This document shows positions 37,901-45,844 of a stretch of DNA of 64,000 nt, piece by piece. The notes beneath the pieces are model-generated. The model saw only the letters and a program-made list of their open reading frames with translations. It made no database searches and was not told where the DNA came from. Each line of letters begins with the position of its first letter. The stretch's first letter is position 1. The translations under genes were made by a program, and so were the position numbers. Source of the DNA: Candidatus Nanopelagicales bacterium (GTDB lineage: Bacteria; Actinomycetota; Actinomycetes; S36-B12; JAWKJK01); assembly GCA_041393815.1 (NCBI GenBank), contig JAWKJK010000006.1, positions 103,858 through 167,857 on the forward strand, read 5' to 3'.

Positions 37901-38025
37901 TCCGCAACGCGGACCGCATCCTGGTCCTCGAACGTGGCCGCCTCGTCGAGCAGGGAACCCACGCCGAACTGCTCGCCCGGCGCGGCCTGTACTTCCACCT
38001 CGCCAGCCAGCAACTCCCCGGCTAG
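34939..38025 (+). CDS. Peptidase-containing ABC transporter (PCAT): 2 cNMP-binding-like domains + C39 peptidase + TM + NBD
   Basis: Two FGE cNMP folds; C39 QVDAADCGAACL, HW..NHWIVLY, VADP; GRSGSGKT, LSGGQKQR, LFDEATSALD, IAHRLST. Confidence 0.92.
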   Translation: MADALDLDPLARQPAFALLDDDTRALLVASMEPVDFRFGEVLVREGDDLEYFYVVVEGAARVLKRGENDDEVPLRTLRPGDAFGESDLLAERPSSATLRASGRGRAMRLHHTVFVGMLESQPGVRESFEGMTRLRDLWDFFRVHDEFDALSDAGLALLAQRLEPVDVADDEVVVRQGDPVGPMYVVREGKLRASVDGVGDVDFLRSGDFFGETALFRGTPQPATVQAVTEAEVLRLPVDVFHQLLESEPGFREALAERSEQASYRTRARVPLDFADEILPVEALATAARVSAPPPVMDADVETTPPEKRGRRPGRRFPFVFQVDAADCGAACLAMVCRFFGRNVSLTHIRNLARTATDGTTLAGITRAAEDLGLTARSIRVSASRLDQLPLPAVVHWEGNHWIVLYRVERTHVRVADPAKGLRRLPREEFLSKWSGFASTIGYDPAFEDAPEERTNAAWMWPMVRPHRVMVVWAIVLAFVAAGLELLLPLLTQYVVDSLAESTELDLLRTVVPALLVTMLGIVAAGTLQRYLLAKVAVRFDVSTLDFLTGRLLNLPATYFATRRTGDIERRLGGAQQVRQFFVDSSVQVLTAGATLVAAVVLMFVYNVPLALLFLLTSSTYVWLMRFSATRLRPMYDSLEESYGKYTSAQIDAIRGIETVKALAVEDRLQQLMLARFQTLSDRIFRGQFLGLVYDSGLQLVTFATFGVFLVAGSYQVVNGNLTIGQFVAFNSLIALATGPLLIVLGLWDRFQLMRVLLNRLDDVLLSEPEQGSDRTGLRQVPSLEGHIRVSEVGFRLGGPEVPPIIDDVSFVIEPGETVAVVGRSGSGKTTLVKMLAGLLVPTEGTVEFDGIDLTTLDFRSLRRRIGVVLQETYLFDDSIAGNIAFGEPNPDPERLRWAAGTADALGFIERLPLGFDTRIGESGIALSGGQKQRISIARALYNQPPVLLFDEATSALDSESERAVTQGLDELLVGRTSVVIAHRLSTIRNADRILVLERGRLVEQGTHAELLARRGLYFHLASQQLPG

Positions 38026-38060
38026 CAGTCCGCGGCCGGGTCGACCACAGGAGGAACCAG

Positions 38061-38201
38061 ATGACCGACGACACGCAGCGCGGCCCCGAGGACGAGATCG
38101 AGGACCTCGACGTGCGCGCCGAGGAGGCCGACGCCGTCGCCGGCGGTGCCCGCCTCAACACCGGCGACGAGGACCTGGAGGACCTCGAGGTCCAGCGCTG
38201 A
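38061..38201 (+). CDS. Putative RiPP precursor peptide 1 (46 aa, double-glycine leader)
   Basis: AGGAGG RBS; MTDDTQRGPEDEIEDLDVRAEEADAVAGG-ARLNTGDEDLEDLEVQR; directly after the PCAT; absent from the ORF track. Confidence 0.8.
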   Translation: MTDDTQRGPEDEIEDLDVRAEEADAVAGGARLNTGDEDLEDLEVQR

Positions 38202-38230
38202 CGCGGCGGTCCGTCCCCCCGAGACCGGGG

Positions 38231-38356
38231 CTACATGCCGTCGATCCGGCGCTTGGCCATCCCCCCTCCGCCGGCGATGTCGTCCGCCGAGTCGTCGGGA
38301 ACCTGGAGGTCGTCGAGCTCCTCGTCGGGGATGGGCTCGTCGTCGGGTCCGTACAT
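38231..38356 (-). CDS. Putative RiPP precursor peptide 2 (41 aa, double-glycine leader)
   Basis: GGGGGAG RBS; MYGPDDEPIPDEELDDLQVPDDSADDIAGG-GGMAKRRIDGM; same leader motif as precursors 1 and 3. Confidence 0.72.
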   Translation of the reverse strand: MYGPDDEPIPDEELDDLQVPDDSADDIAGGGGMAKRRIDGM

Positions 38357-38440
38357 GGCTCCCCCTGCGGGAGTGGGTGACGCGCGCCGGCGTCGTGCCG
38401 GAGCACCTACTGTCGGTCCTCCGCGCTGGCGGGGCAAGGG

Positions 38441-39574
38441 GTGACGCCGATGGAACCTGGACGCGAGCGCAAGCGCGTCCTGCGCGGCACCCACCGGACC
38501 CGTGCCCCGGAGGACACCTGGGAGCTGGTCCGGCCGCTGCTCCGGGACCTCGGCATCAGCCGGGTCGCCGACGTGACCTGGCTGGACGACCTGGGTATCC
38601 CGGTCTTCCAGGCGATCCACCCGCGCGGCCGGTCGTTCGCGGTGTCCCAGGGGAAGGGCCTCACCCGCGACCTGGCGCGCGTGTCCGCCGTCATGGAGGG
38701 CATCGAGGGCCTGGCGGCGGAGCGGCCGCCGGTCGCCCTGCGGAGCGCCACCGCCGTCGAGCTCACCCTCGACTACGACGTCGGGAACCTGGCCCTGCCC
38801 GGTCATGCCGGGACCGCACGCCGGGCCCGGCTGGACTGGTGCGACGCTCGCGACCTGCTGGGGGGCGGGACCTCGTACGTCCCCGCGCCCGTGGTGTCAC
38901 TGGACTGGACCGTGCATGCCCGGTGGGCACCGCGGCTGTTCCCCTCCACCAGCGATGGGCTCGCCAGCGGCAACACGTACGCGGAGGCCGCGCTGCACGG
39001 ACTGCTGGAGCTGGTGGAGCGGCACGCGGTCGCGGTGTCGCCGGGGATCCGGGTCGACATGACGGCGCCCCTCCCCCCGGATGCCGTGGCCCTGGCCCGG
39101 CTGGTCGCGGCCGCGGGCGGGGTGGTGGACGTGTGGTTCCATCCCCATCCGTCCCGGCTTCCGGTGTTCTCCGCGTTGCTGCGTGACGATCGGCATCCGG
39201 TCCCGTACGGAGGCAGTGGCTGCCACCTCGACCCGCAGGTGGCACTGTGCCGGGCGATCACCGAGGCCGCACAGTCCAGGGCCACCGTGATCGCCGGATC
39301 GCGCGACGACCTGGGGCCCGCCGTCTACCGCTGGCGACGGGCGCGTCCCCTCGCCGCCGCACCCGGGACTCCTGATCGCCGAGTCAGCGTGGGGAATGTG
39401 CTGACCGCGGCAACCGTCACGGCGTCGGACGACGTCGCCACCGACCTCCACCGGGTCCTCGGCGCGCTCGGCCCGGACCATCCCCACGTGCTGGCGACCG
39501 ACCTGTCGGTGGCGGACGGCGTGCACGTGGTCAAGGTCGTCGTCCCCACACTCTCCCTTCCGGCGGGGCACTGA
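38441..39574 (+). CDS. YcaO-family protein (TfuA-associated, thioamide-forming type)
   Basis: GISRVADVTWLDDLGIPVF, SQGKG, AVMEGIE, TSDGLASGNT, EAALHGLLELVER, GSGCH, AITEAAQSR, VVKVVVP. Confidence 0.9.
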   Translation: MTPMEPGRERKRVLRGTHRTRAPEDTWELVRPLLRDLGISRVADVTWLDDLGIPVFQAIHPRGRSFAVSQGKGLTRDLARVSAVMEGIEGLAAERPPVALRSATAVELTLDYDVGNLALPGHAGTARRARLDWCDARDLLGGGTSYVPAPVVSLDWTVHARWAPRLFPSTSDGLASGNTYAEAALHGLLELVERHAVAVSPGIRVDMTAPLPPDAVALARLVAAAGGVVDVWFHPHPSRLPVFSALLRDDRHPVPYGGSGCHLDPQVALCRAITEAAQSRATVIAGSRDDLGPAVYRWRRARPLAAAPGTPDRRVSVGNVLTAATVTASDDVATDLHRVLGALGPDHPHVLATDLSVADGVHVVKVVVPTLSLPAGH

Positions 39575-39575
39575 C

Positions 39576-40973
39576 GTGCCGGGACGACACACGTACGTCT
39601 TCGTCGGTCCCACGCTGCCCGCCGACGAGGTGCGCCGGCTGGTGCCGGGTGCCGCGGTGCTCCCGCCCATCGCAGCCGGGGACCTGTGGTCCGTCCCCGT
39701 CCGGGCCGGTGACGTCGTCGTGGTGCTGGACGGGTACTTCCGCGAGCAGCGGGCCGTGCGGCACAAGGAACTGGTCGCCCTCCTCGACGCGGGGGTGACC
39801 GTCGTCGGCGCGGCCAGCATGGGCGCGCTGCGCGCCGCCGAGCTCGCCGATGTGGGGATGCGCGGCTCGGGCCAGGTGTTCGCGTGGTACCGGGACGGCG
39901 TCATCGAGGGCGATGACGAGGTCGCCGTGGTCCACGGCGACGCGGTGCACGAGTACCCCGTGCACACCCGCGCCCTGGTGGACGTGCGCGCGGGCCTCGA
40001 CCGCGCCCGCGGCCGGGGCCTGGTCGAGGACACCGTGGCGGCGGCCGTGATCGCAGCGCTGGTCCCGATGCCGTTCGTGGAGCGCGACGACGAGACCCTG
40101 CGACGCCGTGTGGCCGCGGGGGTCGGGCCGCCCGGGAAGGCCGCGCTGGACCTGGCCCTCGGCACGTGCTCCGTCGACATCAAGCGGGCCGACGCGGTCG
40201 CGCTCCTGCGGGCCGTGGCAGCGGAGGACCTGCCCTCGCCCCCGCCGCCGCACCCGGACCCGTTCGTGCGCGACGCCGATCCGCGCCGGTCCGCCGTGTA
40301 CCTGTCGTGGCGGACGGCGGAGGCGCCGGCGGCCACCGCCTCCCCGCTGAGTGAGTCGGACGTGCTGGCGTGCGCGCGGATCCTGGCCCGCGACTACCCC
40401 GCTTTCCACGAGCGGGTCGCGCTCCGTGCCGCGGCGGCCGATACCCGGGCGCTGGGCCTGCCACCGCCGGCCGGGGCCGGACGTGCCGCGGCTCTGCGGC
40501 AGCTGTTGTCGGCGCGCGGCCTGCTGCCGCACCCGGACGCGGACCCGTCGGAGCTGACCGGGGACTGGCTCGGCGAGGTCGAACGCAGCCGGCTCACAGA
40601 GGAGGGCGCCCTAGTGGCGTACCTGCGCCGTACCCACACGGCGTCGTGGCAGGCCGGGGACGCGGTCCACGCGCTGCGCCGCGAGGGAGCGTACGACCGG
40701 TGGCTGGCTGTCGCGGAGCGCGTGAGCGCGTTCAACGACCGCATTGCCGAGCAGCGGCCGTCGTTCGACCACGACCGGATCCCGGTCGACGCCATGCGGT
40801 CCGCCTGCGCGCAGCGGTGGGGCCTGGACGCACCGACGGCGGGTCACGAGTGGCTGCTCGCGCTGGCCGATCGCGGCTACGACGGCGAGGCCCGGTGGTT
40901 GCGCGACGCGCGGGTGGTCCATCCGTACCTGGCGCTTCGGGCGTCCCGTCACAGCGACACCGACCGGGTGTGA
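39576..40973 (+). CDS. TfuA-like protein with C-terminal extension
   Basis: YVFVGPTL, PPIAAGDL, LDGYF, VRHKE, GAASMGALRAAEL, GSGQVF..YRDG.IEGDDEVAV. Confidence 0.9.
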   Translation: MPGRHTYVFVGPTLPADEVRRLVPGAAVLPPIAAGDLWSVPVRAGDVVVVLDGYFREQRAVRHKELVALLDAGVTVVGAASMGALRAAELADVGMRGSGQVFAWYRDGVIEGDDEVAVVHGDAVHEYPVHTRALVDVRAGLDRARGRGLVEDTVAAAVIAALVPMPFVERDDETLRRRVAAGVGPPGKAALDLALGTCSVDIKRADAVALLRAVAAEDLPSPPPPHPDPFVRDADPRRSAVYLSWRTAEAPAATASPLSESDVLACARILARDYPAFHERVALRAAAADTRALGLPPPAGAGRAAALRQLLSARGLLPHPDADPSELTGDWLGEVERSRLTEEGALVAYLRRTHTASWQAGDAVHALRREGAYDRWLAVAERVSAFNDRIAEQRPSFDHDRIPVDAMRSACAQRWGLDAPTAGHEWLLALADRGYDGEARWLRDARVVHPYLALRASRHSDTDRV

Positions 40974-41086
40974 CCGCGTCGACCGAGCGCCATCACGGGT
41001 CTTGTCCGCGGCGGTGGCCCGGCGTACCGTCGCGCCACGCCGATCCGCGGGGGACCGGCCGAGCAGCCAGCAGCCGAGGAGTGGTC

Positions 41087-41221
41087 ATGACGGATCCGCA
41101 GCGCGAGGACGATGAGGTCGAGGACCTGCCGGTCCCGGCGGACTCGGCGGACGAGGTGGCCGGAGGCGCTCGCCGTACCGGCCCCGGGACGCAGACGGAG
41201 GACGAGCTCTACATCGGCTGA
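41087..41221 (+). CDS. Putative RiPP precursor peptide 3 (44 aa, double-glycine leader)
   Basis: GAGGAG RBS; MTDPQREDDEVEDLPVPADSADEVAGG-ARRTGPGTQTEDELYIG. Confidence 0.8.
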   Translation: MTDPQREDDEVEDLPVPADSADEVAGGARRTGPGTQTEDELYIG

Positions 41222-41595
41222 CCGGCGGGCGAGGCACCTCCCTCACCGCCGGACCGGCGCGCATCCAGCAGGACGAGCAGCAGGCGGGCCGGCTCGGGGG
41301 CGACCACCGAGTGCGGGACCCGCGCGGCGAGGTGGATCAGCCCTCCGGGTCGCAGGTGGACGGTGCGCCCGTCCGCGGTGACGTCCAGCGCTCCCGACAG
41401 CGCCTGCAGGAGTACGGGCACCGCTGCGGTGTGCTCGCTGAGCTCCTCGCCGGTGTCGAAGGCGAACAGGACGACCTTCGCCCCCGCGCCGCGCAGCACG
41501 GTGCGCGAGACGATGCTGCCCTCGGCCACGTCCACCAGTTGCGCCAGGTCGGCCAGGTCGGTCATTCCCGGATCGCGGGTCTCTGACTCGCTCAT
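41209..41595 (-). CDS. Cupin domain protein
   Basis: VVLFAFDTGEELSEHTA, IHLAARVPHSV. Confidence 0.85.
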   Translation of the reverse strand: MSESETRDPGMTDLADLAQLVDVAEGSIVSRTVLRGAGAKVVLFAFDTGEELSEHTAAVPVLLQALSGALDVTADGRTVHLRPGGLIHLAARVPHSVVAPEPARLLLVLLDARRSGGEGGASPAGQPM

Positions 41596-41755
41596 GCCCC
41601 AGTCCTACCGGGTTCGCGCTGCCGGTGGGGGGCGACCGCGCCTCCTCGATCCGCGCGCCACCGGCGGCGCGGCAGGGGTAGCGTCGCTCTCGGGCATCGC
41701 GGGCCGGCGGTGCACGCGCCACGCGTGACGACGCCGTCGACCGTCAGGGGGCGAC

Positions 41756-43999
41756 ATGACCGGGCCCGGGGCTGCCGCGCCGGTGGCGCGCACCACGCAG
41801 CGGGTCGATCCGCGCCTGCGTCGCATCCTCCTGTGGCTGCTCGTCGTCGCGTTCGTCGTCGCCGGGGCCGCCGTGGGCGTCGACCTGCTGCAGCGGCTCG
41901 ACGTCCTGCCGGGCACGGGGATCGTGCCGCGGATCCTGGCCGCCGGGTCGATGGCCCTCGGGGGCGTGGTGGCGGTCTGGGCCACCCTGGAGCGCCGGAC
42001 CCGTGCGGTCCCGCGCCGCCGGCTCGCCCTGTTGCTGCTGGCCACCGGGTTGGCCGTGGTCTTCGGTGGTCAGAGCCTGGGCTACGTCGCCACGGCCAGC
42101 TGGCCCGGCGCCTTCCCCGTCTGGGTCGAGGCGGCTCCGGTCGCCGTCGGCCTCCCCCTGGTGGCGGCGTCCGTGGTGTGGCTCACCTGGCCGCCGGCCA
42201 CCACGCGCCGGGACGTCGTGCTCATCGCGGCGGACGGAGCGGTGGCCGCCACCTCGCTGGCCCTGGTGTGGTGGATGCTGATCCTGCCGGCCTGGCAGCC
42301 GGGCGACTCCGGTCTGGAGGACGCCTTCGTCGCCATCGATCCGTGGGTCCAGTACGTCGCGGTCCTCGGGGTCATCCTGGCGGCGGCGGCGAGTAGGCGC
42401 AGCGGGTCGCTGCCGTTCCGTCAACTGGTCGCGCTGCAGGCCGCCGTCCTGGTCTACGTCACGTCCGACGTCGCCGGCGACGTGATCGCGGAGGCGGACC
42501 GCAGGTCCGTGATCACCTGGTCGATCCTGGGCTATCTGGTGGCCGTGGGCCTGCTCGTCTCCTTCACCTTCCGGCGGGCGCTGGAGGCGGACTCCCCGGT
42601 CGCGGCCTTCCGTCGCGACCTCTGGTCGCTGGTGGTGCCGTTCATCCCGGTCGTGATCGCCGCCATCGGTGTCGTGGTGCTGCGGGTGCGCGGCCAGTTG
42701 ATCTCCGTGGTGGCCCTGGGCTGGCTGGTCCTGGCCGTCGTCGTCGCGCTCCTGTCGACGCTGGTGGCCCGCCTGCTCGCGGTGCTGGTGATCGACTTGC
42801 GCGGCTTCCGCGGGGTCAACGACGGGCACGGCCACGAGGTCGGTGACGAAGTGCTGCGGCGGGTCGCGGCCGCGCTCGATCGGCTGCCGGACTCCGTCCG
42901 CGCGGTCGCCCGTGTCGGCGGGGACGAGTTCGCCGCCGCTGTCGCCGACGAACGCGTCGAGGCCGAGGTCGCCGACATCGAACGCGAGTTGCGGGCCGGG
43001 CTCGCCGACCTCCTTCTGCCCGGAGGATCCCGCCTGACGCAGGCGTTCGACCTCGGCTACAGCGTGTACGACCGGCCGGGTATCGGTGCCGCAGAGCTGC
43101 TGGAGGATGCCGACCTCGCCCTCGGCGCCGCCGGTCAGGCCGCCGCGGTCGGCACCCTGCGGTACGAGCCGCAGATGCGCTCGACCCTGGTGCGCCGGCT
43201 GCGCGCGGAGGCGGACCTGCGCGAGGCCCTCGACGAGGGGCGCCTGGCCGTGCACTACCAGCCGATCGTGGCGTTGTCCTCCGGCCGGACGGTGGGCCTC
43301 GAGGCGCTGGTCCGGCTGCGCAACTCCGCCGGCGGGCTGGTGCCGCCGGCGGACTTCCTCCCCTCCGCCGAGGACCTGGGGCTGATGCCGCGGATCGGTC
43401 GAGAGGTGCTGCGAACGGCCCTGAGCGATCTGAAGGCGGTCCGCGCCGCAACCAGGCGTCCCCTGTCGGTGTCGGTCAACGTCAGTGCGCGCGAGCTGGA
43501 CGAGACGTTCGTCGCCGGCATCGCCGACGCGCTGGCCGCCGCCGAGGTGGAGCCGCAGTCCCTGGTGCTGGAGCTGACCGAGACCTCCGTGGTCGAGAAC
43601 CGGGACCTCGCGACCGTGCTGCTCGCGGAGCTGCGCGAGCTCGGCTGCCGGGTGGCGCTGGACGACTTCGGCACCGGCTACTCGTCGCTGTCGTACGTGG
43701 CCACGCTGCCGCTGGACTTCCTCAAGATCGACGCGTCCTTCATCCGCGACCTCGGGACGTCGCGCACGTCCCAGGCGCTGGTGCGCACCGTGGTCCAGCT
43801 CGGGCTCAACCTGGGGCTGCACACCGTGGCCGAGGGCCTGGAGACGATGGAGCAGGTCGACCTGGTCCGTGGCATGGGTTGCGACCGGGGCCAGGGCTTC
43901 GTGTTCGCCCGCCCCGTGCCGCTCGACGCCCTCGTGGAGTTCCTCCAGGGGATGCCCGGGGTGGTGTCGGTCGACCCGGTCAGGCCCCCGATCGGCTGA
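41756..43999 (+). CDS. Membrane-anchored GGDEF-EAL protein (c-di-GMP metabolism); GGDEF N-terminus appears truncated
   Basis: About 9 TM; IDLRGFRGVNDGHGHEVGD, RVGGDEF; HYQPIV, LEALVR, DDFGTGYSSL, LKID, VAEG, QGF. Confidence 0.88.
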   Translation: MTGPGAAAPVARTTQRVDPRLRRILLWLLVVAFVVAGAAVGVDLLQRLDVLPGTGIVPRILAAGSMALGGVVAVWATLERRTRAVPRRRLALLLLATGLAVVFGGQSLGYVATASWPGAFPVWVEAAPVAVGLPLVAASVVWLTWPPATTRRDVVLIAADGAVAATSLALVWWMLILPAWQPGDSGLEDAFVAIDPWVQYVAVLGVILAAAASRRSGSLPFRQLVALQAAVLVYVTSDVAGDVIAEADRRSVITWSILGYLVAVGLLVSFTFRRALEADSPVAAFRRDLWSLVVPFIPVVIAAIGVVVLRVRGQLISVVALGWLVLAVVVALLSTLVARLLAVLVIDLRGFRGVNDGHGHEVGDEVLRRVAAALDRLPDSVRAVARVGGDEFAAAVADERVEAEVADIERELRAGLADLLLPGGSRLTQAFDLGYSVYDRPGIGAAELLEDADLALGAAGQAAAVGTLRYEPQMRSTLVRRLRAEADLREALDEGRLAVHYQPIVALSSGRTVGLEALVRLRNSAGGLVPPADFLPSAEDLGLMPRIGREVLRTALSDLKAVRAATRRPLSVSVNVSARELDETFVAGIADALAAAEVEPQSLVLELTETSVVENRDLATVLLAELRELGCRVALDDFGTGYSSLSYVATLPLDFLKIDASFIRDLGTSRTSQALVRTVVQLGLNLGLHTVAEGLETMEQVDLVRGMGCDRGQGFVFARPVPLDALVEFLQGMPGVVSVDPVRPPIG

Positions 44000-44079
44000 T
44001 TCGTCCCCCGACACGGGGCGAGGTGCCTACCGTGGCACTCGTCGCGGCGCTGCGCCGCGTACCGCGAGGAGGGGTGCAC

Positions 44080-44538
44080 ATGCGCAAGGTGACGGCGGGG
44101 GTGGCGGCGACGATCCTGGCCGCGGCGGTCCTGGCCCCGGTGCCAGCGATCGCCGGGGACAACTCGACCACCTGGGAGCCGCTGGCGGGTGAGTGGCAGT
44201 CGCAGTCGCTGAAGCTGGACGGGGTGGGTTACAGCCTCGGCCTCGCCGCGACGTCGGGGCAGCCCTTCGCCAACTACGTCAAGTACGGCGGCTTCTTCCA
44301 GTTCCAGTTCCAGGACGGCAGGCGCGGCCGCGAGATCCCGGTGTGGATGTTCCAGGCCCGCGACAACACGCTGTACGTGGTGTTCTCCGGAGGGTCCTTC
44401 TCGTCGGGCCGGAAGGTCATCAAGGGCTCGGTCGAGCAGGACGGGTCCATCTGGCTGCCGACCTGCTACAACCGCCTCTTCTGGGCGCAGAAGTCGACCG
44501 CCGACATGGACTGCTCGTTCGCGGAGGAGCCGCTGTAG
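44080..44538 (+). CDS. Secreted hypothetical protein
   Basis: GGAGG RBS; Sec signal peptide MRKVTAGVAATILAAAVLAPVPAIA; two C-terminal Cys. Confidence 0.65.
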   Translation: MRKVTAGVAATILAAAVLAPVPAIAGDNSTTWEPLAGEWQSQSLKLDGVGYSLGLAATSGQPFANYVKYGGFFQFQFQDGRRGREIPVWMFQARDNTLYVVFSGGSFSSGRKVIKGSVEQDGSIWLPTCYNRLFWAQKSTADMDCSFAEEPL

Positions 44539-44647
44539 GAAGGCGGGCACGCGTGCGGCCGGTGCCGGGACCGATGTCCCGGCACCGGCCTGCGCGCCGC
44601 GACCTTCGCCCGCGCGGGGTGGGCCCGCGCCCGTACAGTCGCCACCC

Positions 44648-45844
44648 GTGACGCTCCTGCTGACGTTCAGCATCCTGCTGCTGGTCGGCGTCCTGCTGTC
44701 CGGACTGGCGCATCGCACGATCCTGTCGACGGCGGTCCTCTTCCTCGCTGCCGGCTTCCTGCTCGGCGACGGGATGGCCGGGGTCCTGTCCTTCGAGCCG
44801 GGGGACCCGCTGGTGTCCGGGCTGGCGTCGCTGGCGCTGTTCGCGGTGCTGTTCACCGACGGCCAGAAGGTCGGCTGGGTGGACCTGCGCCGGGCCTGGC
44901 GACTGCCCGGTCGCGCGCTGCTGCTCGGGATGCCGCTGACGATGGTGGTCACCGCGGTGCTCGCCTGGTGGCTCGTCGGGCTGTCCTGGCCCGAGGCCTT
45001 CCTCATCGGAGCGATCCTCGCCCCGACCGACCCGGTGTTCGCCGCCGCGCTGGTGGGCAACGACAAGGTCCCGTACCGGCTGCGGCACCTGCTCAACGTG
45101 GAGTCGGGTCTCAACGACGGGCTGGCCCTGCCGTTCGTCATCGTCTTCCTGGCGCTGTCATCGTCCGAGCAGGTCGAGGTCGTCCCCCTCGTCACCGAGC
45201 TGCTGTTCGGCGTCGCGCTCGGCATCGCGATCCCGTGGGCCGCGATCAGGCTGGAGCAGACCCGGTACTTCGACGCGGTGCACGTGTACGCCCCGCTCAA
45301 CGGCGTCGCGATCGGGCTGCTGGTCTTCTCGGTCGCGTCGGTGACGCACGCCAACCTGTACCTCGCCGCGTTCGCCGCGGGCATCACGATCGCGACCATC
45401 GGACCCAAGCAGCGCCGCGCCTTCGAGCCGATCGGCGAGCTCGTCGCCGAGCTGCTCAAGCTGGCCGCGCTGCTGGTCTTCGGCGCGCTGATGTCCCCGC
45501 AGTTCCTCGGCGAGATCCCGTTCAGCGGCTGGGTCTTCGTGGTGCTGGCGCTGGTCCTGGCCAGACCGGTGGCCCTGGCGCTGTCGCTGTGGGGCTCGGA
45601 CCTGTCCCGCCGGGAGTGGGCGGCGGCGGCGTGGTTCGGGCCGAAGGGCTTCGCGTCGGTCGTCTACGCGCTGCTGGTGCTCGAGGCCGCGATCCCGACC
45701 AGCGACCTGATCTTCCACCTGGTCGCCGCCACCATCGGGCTCAGCATCGTGCTGCACGCCTCCAGCGACGTCCTGGTGGCCAACGCCTTCCAGCGCGCCG
45801 CCGAGCGCTCCGGGCCTACGCCGGCGGCGACGACCACGGGCTGA
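44648..45844 (+). CDS. Cation:proton antiporter (CPA1/NhaP type)
   Basis: LFTDG, ILAPTDP, LNVESGLNDG, WFGPKG. Confidence 0.9.
   Translation: MTLLLTFSILLLVGVLLSGLAHRTILSTAVLFLAAGFLLGDGMAGVLSFEPGDPLVSGLASLALFAVLFTDGQKVGWVDLRRAWRLPGRALLLGMPLTMVVTAVLAWWLVGLSWPEAFLIGAILAPTDPVFAAALVGNDKVPYRLRHLLNVESGLNDGLALPFVIVFLALSSSEQVEVVPLVTELLFGVALGIAIPWAAIRLEQTRYFDAVHVYAPLNGVAIGLLVFSVASVTHANLYLAAFAAGITIATIGPKQRRAFEPIGELVAELLKLAALLVFGALMSPQFLGEIPFSGWVFVVLALVLARPVALALSLWGSDLSRREWAAAAWFGPKGFASVVYALLVLEAAIPTSDLIFHLVAATIGLSIVLHASSDVLVANAFQRAAERSGPTPAATTTG

Noticed and set aside
33954-41221. Assignment of the RiPP cluster as azole-forming (TOMM/LAP) or as a thioviridamide
   Set aside because: There is no E1-like/ThiF partner or FMN dehydrogenase and the cores lack Cys. 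Thioviridamide tailoring genes are absent, and the adjacent TfuA points to thioamidation.
41209-41595. Cupin gene as part of the RiPP cluster
   Set aside because: It is on the opposite strand and belongs to a common stand-alone family; there is no evidence of a link beyond adjacency.
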